A stretch of DNA of 64,000 nucleotides, from positions 11,356-75,355 of the forward strand of contig JACFOI010000004.1 of assembly GCA_019454415.1 (NCBI GenBank). Direction: 5' to 3'. This DNA is from Patescibacteria group bacterium (GTDB lineage Bacteria > Patescibacteriota > Microgenomatia > UBA1400 > PJMF01). The translations under genes and the position numbers were made by a program. The notes under the pieces were generated by a model. It did not search any database, was not told the DNA's origin, and saw only the letters and a list, made by a program, of their open reading frames with translations. The first letter of the stretch is position 1, and each line of letters begins with the position of its first letter. Shown piece after piece: positions 55,633 through 64,000 of this stretch.

Positions 55633-56415
55633 CTACCTAGCAGCTTTTTGTAAAATAATATAGGTATTCTCTTCTCCGGTTTTCCCATCAGCGGAGAATC
55701 GTTCAATTTCTTGAAGACCTGTGTCAGTGACCAGCTCGCGCTGTTCCAACTCCGTAACTAAGTGGGCATATCTGACCGCTTGAGCGTCTCTTTCCCAGGT
55801 TAAAAAGAAGTCATTGGGTTCCAGTTCAGCGGAAGAGAAGCCTGCTTGCTCCGGAGACAGTTGCCGACCCATTAGCGCTGGGTTGTGATGGAACTGCCAG
55901 CAGGCAAGGACGAGTAGCCCGCCTGACATGACCTGCTCAGCCAGTTGCAAGACAAATTTTTTTCTAAGATCCGCACTTGGGATATGATGCAGAATCCCAA
56001 AGCCTACCACTAAAGAAAAACTCAACGGGATACTACTTACCAAACTCTGTGTCCCCTGGAGGGCTGCAACGACGTCAAGTTGCCGAACTTCAAATGTGTC
56101 AGAAGGTGAAAGTGTTGCCAGCGTCTGGCGGGCATATTCGAGGAGCTGAGGGTTCTGATCGATGCCCAGATAGTCCAGATGAACTCGATGCTTCAGCTGC
56201 TGAACGCAGAACTGGGCAAAGCGAGCATTGCCGCAGCCCATGTCGCAGACGCTCAGTGATGATGGCAACGGCGTAAGCAGGTTCTGCTCCACACTGTCCC
56301 AACTCTGTGTCCAGCCTGGCCATGCCTGTTGGCGCGTTGCCGAAAAAGAGGAGGCTACCTTTTGGTAGAACTGGGTGTTGAGCTGGTTAAGCCGTTGAAC
56401 TACTGCCGCATCCAT
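55633..56415 (-). CDS. Class I SAM-dependent methyltransferase
   Basis: Motif I reads VCDMGCGNARFAQ. Confidence 0.65.
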   Translation of the reverse strand: MDAAVVQRLNQLNTQFYQKVASSFSATRQQAWPGWTQSWDSVEQNLLTPLPSSLSVCDMGCGNARFAQFCVQQLKHRVHLDYLGIDQNPQLLEYARQTLATLSPSDTFEVRQLDVVAALQGTQSLVSSIPLSFSLVVGFGILHHIPSADLRKKFVLQLAEQVMSGGLLVLACWQFHHNPALMGRQLSPEQAGFSSAELEPNDFFLTWERDAQAVRYAHLVTELEQRELVTDTGLQEIERFSADGKTGEENTYIILQKAAR

Positions 56416-56574
56416 TTAGACGAGCTTTCTTTTCTTCATTTCCTCGAGCAGCTTGCCGGAAATGGGTCGACAGTGACAGTGCTTTTGGTGCTCAAGGTGC
56501 CACTGAATTCGCTGCTCAAGGGTGGGATTTTTGGGCATCCGATGAGACTTATGCCAGTCTGCATTGATCGTCAT
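56416..56574 (-). CDS. Unannotated small ORF (52 aa) ending in TAA immediately before, and in-frame with, the methyltransferase ATG. It contains an H/C-rich HQKHCHC motif.
   Basis: The minus-strand reading is MTINADWHKSHRMPKNPTLEQRIQWHLEHQKHCHCRPISGKLLEEMKKRKLV, stop, then ATG GAT GCG... of the downstream methyltransferase. It is not in the ORF track because it is under 60 aa. Confidence 0.3.
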   Translation of the reverse strand: MTINADWHKSHRMPKNPTLEQRIQWHLEHQKHCHCRPISGKLLEEMKKRKLV

Positions 56575-56615
56575 ACAGCCCCTTTTCTTGTCTTTCCAGG
56601 CTATAATCCGCTAGA

Positions 56616-58463
56616 ATGAGCTATACCTTCCATTATAACGAGTACCTGCAGCAACTTATATCACTATTCACCGAGATTGAGAGTGAGCCTGAACTGAGTT
56701 CCGCCCGCTTGCAACAGATCTTAGCCAAGTATCCTAAGGAGAACGGTGAACTGTTCCGCAAAGGTGAGTTGGTCGCTGCCTATCGGGCGCTTGCCGGCTC
56801 ACATGGACTGCGGCCGCTCGATCACCAGTTACTGCGTCGGATTCAGATGAAGCCGACCAGAACAATCTCCGGTGTTACTCCGGTCACAGTCTTAACCAAG
56901 CCGTTCCCCTGTCCTGGCAAGTGTATCTTTTGTCCGAATGACATCCGGATGCCCAAGAGCTACCTAGCTGACGAGCCGGGTGCGCAGCGTGCAGAACGTA
57001 ACTCTTTTGATCCCTACCTCCAGACTTACAATCGGCTGCTGGCTTTCCAGAACACCGGTCACTTGACTGACAAAGTAGAGATCATCGTGCTGGGCGGAAC
57101 GTGGTCGTACTACCCGGAACCCTACCAAGTTTGGTTTATTAAGGAGTGTTTCCGTGCTCTCAACGACTTCAGTACTGGCCGGGATGATCGTCCCCGAATC
57201 CTAGAGCAGTATCAGCACATCAGAGAACGGCTGGAGTCGGCCAAAGAAAAGATGGGGCGACCTGAACAGTTCACTCCGACCGCGGATCCGCAGCTCAACA
57301 AAGCGGAGTTGGCCGCTTATCAAGTTCACGGACAGCAGATTGATCACACCTATAACCAGGTGGTGTCTCAGCTCTACACCGCGCCGGAAAAAATCAGCGG
57401 GGTGGATCATTTGCAAGTGGCTGACTGGTCGGAATTGGAGACAGAACAGCACCAGAACGAGACAGCTCAGAGTCGATGTGTGGGGCTGGTGATCGAGACG
57501 CGGCCGGATAATATTTCTGAGGCAGAGGTCATACGTATCCGGCGACTGGGTTGTACCAAGACCCAGATCGGTTTTCAGAGTTTGAACGATGAGGTACTAG
57601 AAAAAAATAAGCGCGGTCACGACGTGGCCGCTACTCGGCGGGCAGTCAGCCTCCTCCGGCAGGCCGGTTTCAAGATTCATGCTCACTGGATGCCCAACTT
57701 GTATGGCTCTACTCCGGAGAAAGACAAACAGGACTATCACACCCTTTTTGCTGATCCTGACTTTTGCCCGGATGAACTCAAAATCTATCCCTGTTCCTTG
57801 ATTGAAAGTGCGGAGTTGATGCAGTACTACCAACGTGGCGAGTGGCAGCCGTATACAGAAGAGGAACTGCTGGACGTGTTGAGTTACTGCCTGCTACATA
57901 CGCCGCGTTACTGCCGGCTGACCCGAGTGGTCCGGGATATTCCTTCGACTGACATCGTGGCCGGGAATAAGAAGACTAACTTTAGGGAGATTGTGGAAAA
58001 AGAGTTGGATCAAGCCGGTCGAAAAAGCTTAAACATCCGCGCTCGTGAGGTGCGTAGCCGCGAGATTGACCCTGAGAAACTTGTCCTGAAAGAGACCTCC
58101 TACCAGACTAGTACCAGTACCGAGCTTTTTCTGGAATACGTTTTTCCTGATCAAGGTCAGGAACTGATTGCTGGTTTCTTGCGGTTGAGTTTGCCCAAGA
58201 TTGCTTCTTTTATTCCGGAGCTCAAAGATGCCGCCGTGATTCGCGAAGTCCACGTCTATGGACAGGCAGTAGGGATTGGTCGACGGGATGAGGGAAAAGC
58301 CCAGCACCTCGGTCTCGGAACGAAACTAATCGAACGTGCCAAAGCAGTTGCTGCCCAGCACCACTTTGCGCGACTGGCTGTTATCTCAGCCATCGGTACT
58401 CGTGAGTACTACCGCGGGCGGGGTTTCAGCGATGGGCAGCTGTATCAGTCATGTTCACTATAA
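56616..58463 (+). CDS. elp3: Elp3-family radical SAM/GNAT protein (tRNA wobble-uridine carboxymethyl-modification enzyme homologue)
   Basis: The radical-SAM cluster motif KPFPCPGKCIFCP (C-x4-C-x2-C, as in Elp3), a C-terminal GNAT domain, and an overall 615 aa match archaeal and Dehalococcoides-type Elp3. TATAAT lies about 7 nt upstream of the ATG, so the mRNA may be leaderless. Confidence 0.8.
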   Translation: MSYTFHYNEYLQQLISLFTEIESEPELSSARLQQILAKYPKENGELFRKGELVAAYRALAGSHGLRPLDHQLLRRIQMKPTRTISGVTPVTVLTKPFPCPGKCIFCPNDIRMPKSYLADEPGAQRAERNSFDPYLQTYNRLLAFQNTGHLTDKVEIIVLGGTWSYYPEPYQVWFIKECFRALNDFSTGRDDRPRILEQYQHIRERLESAKEKMGRPEQFTPTADPQLNKAELAAYQVHGQQIDHTYNQVVSQLYTAPEKISGVDHLQVADWSELETEQHQNETAQSRCVGLVIETRPDNISEAEVIRIRRLGCTKTQIGFQSLNDEVLEKNKRGHDVAATRRAVSLLRQAGFKIHAHWMPNLYGSTPEKDKQDYHTLFADPDFCPDELKIYPCSLIESAELMQYYQRGEWQPYTEEELLDVLSYCLLHTPRYCRLTRVVRDIPSTDIVAGNKKTNFREIVEKELDQAGRKSLNIRAREVRSREIDPEKLVLKETSYQTSTSTELFLEYVFPDQGQELIAGFLRLSLPKIASFIPELKDAAVIREVHVYGQAVGIGRRDEGKAQHLGLGTKLIERAKAVAAQHHFARLAVISAIGTREYYRGRGFSDGQLYQSCSL

Positions 58464-60135
58464 ACCCCCATCGTTTCCGCCATCCCCGACCGAAAATGTT
58501 GAGCTGTGCAACATTCTCTGTGCTGGCGGGTTGATGGACAGCCAACAGCTGGGCACAGAGTCCCATCAATATTGGGAAACCTTTTTGCTTTTTGAGTGGT
58601 GAGAGCCGACGGTGAAGCCTGCGAAAGTAGATGAGTTCTTCTTTGCTCGGCTCTCCCACTGCTACACCTTGGCACACGTCACACTGATGACAGCGGAACT
58701 TCGCCAGCTTAACCCGCTCCTCAATCGGTTCAAAGTATAGTAATAGCTGTCTCATTCTGCAGCTGCTTGTCTCGGTAAACTGTTTCATCTGTTTTAATTT
58801 GTAGAGTTGAAACAGATGTTGCTGTGTGAGCTGTTGTAGCTGCTGGCGGAGAACGTTTGGCTGTGTATGTATGAATAAAGTTTTCTGGGCGCGGTCAACG
58901 CTCCACCAGCCATGTTCTTCCCCTCGGCTGAGTGTTGTACGGAGTCGGGCTGAGAGCTTCTGTTCCATGAAAAGATGAGTGAGCTGACGCAGCGTCACAC
59001 CTTGTCCACTCGTAACTTTTTTAGATAGTAAGTAGCTGATCAGCACTTTGCTTTCTTTGGCAGGCGGATAGCTTCGGTCGATAATCTGCAGATGGAGCCG
59101 GGCATCACCGGGAAGTGCCAGGAGGTAACACTCACTTGGCAATCCATCTCTGCCTGCCCTACCGATTTCTTGGTAGTAGCCTTCGATACTTGCTGGCTGA
59201 TTAAGGTGAATGACGCAGCGGATGTCCGGTTTATCCACACCCATCCCGAATGCGGTCGTCGCACAGATGATGCGATATCTACTTTTCAGGAACTGCTGTT
59301 GGATCTGTTGCCTCTCATCACTCTCCAGACCGCCGTGATAAGCGCAAGCAAGGAATCCTAAAGCAGTCAACTGGCTTGCAGTATCTTCCGTTTGTTGTCT
59401 GGTAGCACAGTAAATAATGACTGACTTGCCTCCGTATTGTTTCAGCAAGCGGAAAAGAACAAGGTGCTGAATCGTTTGAGTCGGACATGGAAGGACTTGA
59501 AGTGACAAGTTCTGCCGCAAGACAGACTGCCGGAATAGTTTGGGCTGACAAAGGCGAAGTTGAAGTACAATGTCCTGCACAGTTTTGGGTGTAGCTGAAG
59601 CCGTGAAGGCAGCGACCCCCGGACGAGTTGGGAGCTTTTCAAGAAATTGATGGATCTGACAGTACTCGGGTCGGAATTGATGTCCCCACTCTGAGATACA
59701 GTGTGCTTCATCGACAACTACCAAGCTGATCCGAAGTTCACGAACGACTTCCAGCAAAGAGGTGCTGTGCAGCTTTTCCGGTGAGACATAGATAAACTTG
59801 ATCTTCCCCGACTTGAGTTGTTGCATCGCCACACTCATTTCTTGTGGGGAAAGAGCGCTGGTAAGTGCCACAGCTGGAATCTGCTTGTGACGGAGATGTG
59901 CAACTTGGTCAGTCATCAGCGAGATCAGCGGAGAGATAACAAGAGTGGTTCCGGGAAACAGAAGTCCCGGCAACTGGAAACAAAGTGACTTGCCCCCACC
60001 CGTGGGCAAAATCGCAAGACAGTCTTTTCCTTCTAAAACCGTCTGCACAATCTCTTGTTGCAGTGGTCGAAACTGGGAAAAACCGAAGTAGTCGTGCAAA
60101 GAACTACGCAGTCTTGCTTCATCGAATGCTGTCAT
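58426..60135 (-). CDS. recQ: RecQ family ATP-dependent DNA helicase
   Basis: Helicase motifs LAILPTGGGKSLCFQLP and DEAHCISEWGHQFRPEY are present, along with a Zn-binding C-x-C...C-x2-C region (CHQCDVCQ). Confidence 0.9.
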   Translation of the reverse strand: MTAFDEARLRSSLHDYFGFSQFRPLQQEIVQTVLEGKDCLAILPTGGGKSLCFQLPGLLFPGTTLVISPLISLMTDQVAHLRHKQIPAVALTSALSPQEMSVAMQQLKSGKIKFIYVSPEKLHSTSLLEVVRELRISLVVVDEAHCISEWGHQFRPEYCQIHQFLEKLPTRPGVAAFTASATPKTVQDIVLQLRLCQPKLFRQSVLRQNLSLQVLPCPTQTIQHLVLFRLLKQYGGKSVIIYCATRQQTEDTASQLTALGFLACAYHGGLESDERQQIQQQFLKSRYRIICATTAFGMGVDKPDIRCVIHLNQPASIEGYYQEIGRAGRDGLPSECYLLALPGDARLHLQIIDRSYPPAKESKVLISYLLSKKVTSGQGVTLRQLTHLFMEQKLSARLRTTLSRGEEHGWWSVDRAQKTLFIHTQPNVLRQQLQQLTQQHLFQLYKLKQMKQFTETSSCRMRQLLLYFEPIEERVKLAKFRCHQCDVCQGVAVGEPSKEELIYFRRLHRRLSPLKKQKGFPILMGLCAQLLAVHQPASTENVAQLNIFGRGWRKRWGFIVNMTDTAAHR

Positions 60136-60188
60136 GAACGTATTCTGACTAGCAACCGAAACAACAACTGTAGTATCCTGATCACCAT

Positions 60189-61853
60189 ATGCCGGCGTTC
60201 TCTGCCCAACACCCGATTGCTTTTTTCTGTGCTGAGTTTGGGATTCAATCTGACCTCCCGTTATATGCGGGTGGACTGGGCGTTCTTGCAGGTGACATTC
60301 TCAAAGAGTCAGCTCGACAAAAGATCCCGATGGTGGCAGTGGGTCTTCTCTATCGTGGTGAGGGAGCTGTGCAACGGATTACTTCCGAGGGCCAACAGGT
60401 CGAGGAAGACCTTCACTTTGATCCCCTTTCAGCGGGTCTTGAACATGTGTATGTGGACGAGATGCCCCTTTTCATCAAGGTTCATATGACGGAGCTAGAG
60501 ATTTGGGTACGCTGTTGGAAGAAAACGATCGGCGAGACAGTCACCCTTTATCTGCTGGATACGGATACCGATCAGAACCAAGTTCACGAGCGTGGAATCG
60601 CTCATGCGCTGTATGCTGGGACAGAAGAAGAGCTGATCAAACAGCAGATTGTCTTGGGAATTGGTGGGATCAAGCTGCTTCACCAGCTGGGGATTCATCC
60701 GAGTATTTATCACGTCAATGAAGGTCGGCCGTCGCTCCTCCACTGGCAGTTAATTCGCCGATACATGGATGAGCACGGCGTTTCTTATGAACAAGCTAGC
60801 GACTGGGCGTGTCAAAAAACGATCTACACCAACCATACCTTAGTTGAAGCGGGCAACCAGTCCTACACTGCCGAACTTCTGAAAGTATACGGCAAGTACT
60901 ATGCGGACAAGATGGGCATCACAGTCGAACGTTTGCTCGAACCTGGTGTGCTGGAAGGAACTGACCGCTTCAGTATTACGCAATATGCACTGAACACTTC
61001 TCATAAAGCTACCGCCGTCAGCCAGCTTCACTATCTGTTTTGCCAACAGCAGTGGCCAGGATATGACTGGACCGCTATTACCAACGGCGTGTTTCTCCCC
61101 TATTGGCAGGATCAACGATTCTCCGGAGATCTCACTGCCAGCAGTGAATCTACAACACTGAGCGAAGCACTGTGGCAGACCCATAAAGACTGTAAGCAGC
61201 AGCTCATGGAGTACGTCCAACGCCGGACCGGCTATGGATACGATCCTCAGAGGCTAGTAATCACCTGGTCTCGCCGGATGGCAGGTTATAAACAAGTTGA
61301 TGCGTTATTCAGTGACGTGGAGAGATTGGCCGAAATTGTCAAAAACAGCGAGCGACCAGTTCAGATTTTAGTCGCTGGCAAAGCTCATGTGTCTGACGTT
61401 GCCGCCAAACAGACCATCGAGAAGATTATTCGTTATATGCAAAACGAGCTTGAAGGCTATGCCCTATTTGTCCCGAACTTGGATATGGAGCTCGATCAGA
61501 TGCTAGCCAAGGGTTCTGATGTCTGGCTGAATACGCCTGAGTTAGGTAAAGAAGCGTGTGGCACTTCAGGGATGAAAGCGATTAGCAACGGCGTGTTGCA
61601 GTGTACAGTCGCTGATGGCTGGGCGGCCGAAGTGGACTGGACGGGTGTTGGTTGGAAACTGGATGAGAAGAACATCCCCGAGAGCATCTACTCTCTTTTA
61701 GAAAAGGAGATCATTCCTCTGTACTATCAACGTGACGATGCGGACATTCCGCAAGTTTGGGTAGAACGAATGCAGCGATCGATCGGACTTTCCGAAAAGT
61801 TTTCTGCTGCTCGGATGATGAACGACTACTGTGACAAGTGCTACACCAGCTAA
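60189..61853 (+). CDS. Alpha-glucan (glycogen/maltodextrin) phosphorylase family protein (GT35)
   Basis: GTSGMKAISNG is the PLP-Lys motif of GT35 phosphorylases. The size is 554 aa. Confidence 0.75.
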   Translation: MPAFSAQHPIAFFCAEFGIQSDLPLYAGGLGVLAGDILKESARQKIPMVAVGLLYRGEGAVQRITSEGQQVEEDLHFDPLSAGLEHVYVDEMPLFIKVHMTELEIWVRCWKKTIGETVTLYLLDTDTDQNQVHERGIAHALYAGTEEELIKQQIVLGIGGIKLLHQLGIHPSIYHVNEGRPSLLHWQLIRRYMDEHGVSYEQASDWACQKTIYTNHTLVEAGNQSYTAELLKVYGKYYADKMGITVERLLEPGVLEGTDRFSITQYALNTSHKATAVSQLHYLFCQQQWPGYDWTAITNGVFLPYWQDQRFSGDLTASSESTTLSEALWQTHKDCKQQLMEYVQRRTGYGYDPQRLVITWSRRMAGYKQVDALFSDVERLAEIVKNSERPVQILVAGKAHVSDVAAKQTIEKIIRYMQNELEGYALFVPNLDMELDQMLAKGSDVWLNTPELGKEACGTSGMKAISNGVLQCTVADGWAAEVDWTGVGWKLDEKNIPESIYSLLEKEIIPLYYQRDDADIPQVWVERMQRSIGLSEKFSAARMMNDYCDKCYTS

Positions 61854-61865
61854 GTATTCCGCTAA

Positions 61866-62333
61866 CTAGCTGTTCTGCTGTTCAATAAACGCTTGGATAT
61901 CTGTCCGAATTCCCGGTGTATGTACAAGCTCAAGCGCTTCCAACGGTGTGACCCAACGGTACTCCGTGTGTTCTGCTGACAGTTTGACGTCTTTTTGTTG
62001 AGTCAGACACCGAAAGGTAATTCCGATCAGTTCGTTCTCTGCTTTTTCCGGACCACGGAAGATATGCCAAACCCGCAGGACCTCATGCACTGACAGCTCA
62101 GTGATTCCCGACTCTTCGCGTACTTCTCTCCGCAAGCCTTTGGGCAGATCCTCAAACTGGTCGATCCGGCCATAGATGATCTCCCACTCACCACCGTGCC
62201 AGTCTTGCCCGTCAGCGCGTTTAATCACCAATATCTTGTCTGTTCCTTCCAACTGGATGACTGCCCCGGCTGCTACCATAAAACGTCCGACCGGATTTTG
62301 GACTGTGCTGTGATTGTTGGGCTGAGTAACCAT
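61866..62333 (-). CDS. NUDIX hydrolase
   Basis: The Nudix box reads YGRIDQFEDLPKGLRREVREESGI. Confidence 0.7.
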   Translation of the reverse strand: MVTQPNNHSTVQNPVGRFMVAAGAVIQLEGTDKILVIKRADGQDWHGGEWEIIYGRIDQFEDLPKGLRREVREESGITELSVHEVLRVWHIFRGPEKAENELIGITFRCLTQQKDVKLSAEHTEYRWVTPLEALELVHTPGIRTDIQAFIEQQNS

Positions 62334-62341
62334 GTGATTCC

Positions 62342-63124
62342 TTAGTCGCCCAAACGGGCAAACTCACCGGTCCGGCGAGCGCGTTTATACATTTCTTGCA
62401 TAAAGACCCATGCCCCGACCAAGTACAGTGCACACATCACAATGCTGATCACGACGTAGTTCCACAATATAGTACTTGTTGCAAACTGATGGCGGGCAGA
62501 CTCCATCACGTAGGTGATCGGAGAGATGTAACTCGTCCAACGGATCTCTGCGGGTAGTGCTTGAACAGGGTAAAAGACTGCCGAGATTGGCTGGAAAACA
62601 TAGATCAGCCCCCAGGCAAATGATTGAATGTTTGTTCCGTAGCGGATGATCAGGCCGGTAATGAAGATGCCGGATGCATAGGCAAAGCCGATCAAGACCA
62701 GCACGTATAACGGTAGAGCAATCCCCAGTTGGAGCAACGAAAAATGAAACAAAAAATGACCCAGCACGGCCAGCGAGCCAATGACTAGAAATGTTTTTAC
62801 CGCCGCCGCGATCATCTGGCTGACGATCCACTCCGTCATGGTGAGTGGAGCGATAAACAAGCTGTTAAAGCTTTTGGACCAGACTTCCCAAAGCATGCTG
62901 ACGGTGACCGAGTACTGGCCAATCCGGACGATCTCCCAGAGCAGAAATCCGAGAATCAGTACCACACCCATCTCCGGCTGACCAGCCGAGATGACTTTAG
63001 CAATCAAGCCAAAGATCAGAAACTGGATCAGCGTAAACCAGACTAAGTCGATCTGCGTTTCCTTGCTGTGGGTCGCGTGATACCAGGAATGCAGCAGCAG
63101 TGGTTTAATTCTTTGCCAACTCAT
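62342..63124 (-). CDS. ABC-2 type transporter permease
   Basis: 260 aa with six TM helices. Its start overlaps the stop of the upstream ATPase by 4 nt. Confidence 0.7.
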   Translation of the reverse strand: MSWQRIKPLLLHSWYHATHSKETQIDLVWFTLIQFLIFGLIAKVISAGQPEMGVVLILGFLLWEIVRIGQYSVTVSMLWEVWSKSFNSLFIAPLTMTEWIVSQMIAAAVKTFLVIGSLAVLGHFLFHFSLLQLGIALPLYVLVLIGFAYASGIFITGLIIRYGTNIQSFAWGLIYVFQPISAVFYPVQALPAEIRWTSYISPITYVMESARHQFATSTILWNYVVISIVMCALYLVGAWVFMQEMYKRARRTGEFARLGD

Positions 63125-64000
63125 AACTCTTTCGCCTCGGAAATATGTAAGAAAACGTCTTCCAATGAAGGCTGCTCTGTAGACAGCGAAGTGATCCAGA
63201 CGCCCTTTTTTTTGAGTTCAAACAAAAGGCTGGGAATATCCTCTTCCAGAAGTGTCACCTCGACGAGGTCGGGGCGAATAAAAGTCGCAGGATGCTTTGC
63301 TTTTTCTAAAAAGTCGGCGACTACTGTTTGTTTGGCCTCAAATGAGAGCAACAGCTTTGTCTTGCCAATCCGTTTGGTCAGACCAAGCGGCGTGTCGGTC
63401 AGCACAATCTTTCCCCGCTGCAAGAATGAAACACGGTCGCACAGCCGCGCCACTTCCTGCATGTTATGACTGGTGAAAAGAATGCTGACTTTTTCTTGAA
63501 CTTGGAGTTGTTTGATCAGCTGGATAATTTTATTGACGATGTCAGGATCAAGGCTGGCAGTGGGCTCATCCATCAGAATCATCTTCGGCCGATTCAGCAG
63601 AGCTTTGGCCAGAATAACCCGGGTTTTTTGGCCAGATGATAGATGCCAAAACAGCTCGTCCGCATACTCCTCAACTTCCAGAAGTGTTAGTAGCTCATCG
63701 ATCCGGCGTTCGACGTTTTCTACTTCGTAGAGCATTCCAAAGATCCGTAAGTTTTGGCGGACAGTCAAGCGTGCTTGCAGCTCGGCGTAGGCAGATGCAA
63801 AGTTGATTTTTTGCAAAATCTGAACTTTATGTTGATGGAAGTTCTGGCCAAAGTAGTGGATCTCTCCGCCGTCGGGATCGGTCAAACCCAACAGCATTTG
63901 AATGGTGGTCGACTTGCCCGCGCCATTTGGTCCGAGCAGTCCCAAGATCTCGCCTTCGCCAATCGCGAACGAAATGTGATCAACAGCCAGATACTCACCG
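63121..64000 (-). CDS. ABC transporter ATP-binding protein, partial: the N-terminus lies beyond the window end
   Basis: Walker A (GLLGPNGAGKSTT), the LSGGQK signature and Walker B (ILMDEPTASLD) are present. The reading frame continues open to position 64000. Confidence 0.85.
   Translation of the reverse strand, partial: GEYLAVDHISFAIGEGEILGLLGPNGAGKSTTIQMLLGLTDPDGGEIHYFGQNFHQHKVQILQKINFASAYAELQARLTVRQNLRIFGMLYEVENVERRIDELLTLLEVEEYADELFWHLSSGQKTRVILAKALLNRPKMILMDEPTASLDPDIVNKIIQLIKQLQVQEKVSILFTSHNMQEVARLCDRVSFLQRGKIVLTDTPLGLTKRIGKTKLLLSFEAKQTVVADFLEKAKHPATFIRPDLVEVTLLEEDIPSLLFELKKKGVWITSLSTEQPSLEDVFLHISEAKEL

Overview
This is a gene-dense 64-kb window of about 50% GC with no rRNA genes, CRISPR arrays or recognisable transposase or integrase genes. 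Coordinates I derived by eye (tRNAs, hairpins, trimmed starts) may be off by 1-2 nt; ORF-track coordinates are used wherever possible.

Gene content looks like a small-genome, fermentative, possibly host- or cell-surface-associated bacterium. That reading rests on a 2-oxoacid:ferredoxin oxidoreductase plus ADP-forming acetyl-CoA synthetase operon, the lower glycolysis genes, an archaeal-type PGI/PMI, an Elp3 homologue, a PF09826-like beta-propeller protein, a tRNA array, and MliC and cell-wall hydrolases. This would fit a Patescibacteria/CPR-like or Chloroflexi-like lineage, but that is inference only.

Main content, in order:
- A minus-strand cluster carrying all three nucleotide-excision-repair genes (uvrB, uvrA and the uvrC 5' end), interleaved with a secreted PQQ-type sugar dehydrogenase and a transglutaminase-like membrane protein.
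- lexA, recQ and a ydjM homologue elsewhere in the window.
- A fermentation/glycolysis block: OFOR alpha and beta subunits, ADP-forming acetyl-CoA synthetase, iPGM, enolase and a PEP-synthase-like protein that appears to lack the phosphohistidine domain.
- A mannose-activation operon.
- Nine tRNA genes, seven of them in a 3.8-kb array with single protein genes wedged between them.
- Four Nudix and four HD-domain hydrolases.
- Elp3 and several SAM-dependent methyltransferases, one preceded in-frame by an unlisted 52-codon ORF.
- An alpha-glucan phosphorylase and a partial ABC exporter.

The strongest candidate for an undescribed system is a translationally coupled pair: a DUF45/WLM-type Zn-metallohydrolase and a zinc-ribbon, coiled-coil protein with a PD-(D/E)xK-like nuclease signature (DUF2130). 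It is flanked by a Pro/Thr-rich membrane protein and a holA-like gene.

Secondary leads are low-GC islets next to tRNA genes, candidate operator palindromes at divergent promoters upstream of uvrB and ydjM, and a tandem tRNA-Leu duplication with a changed anticodon.
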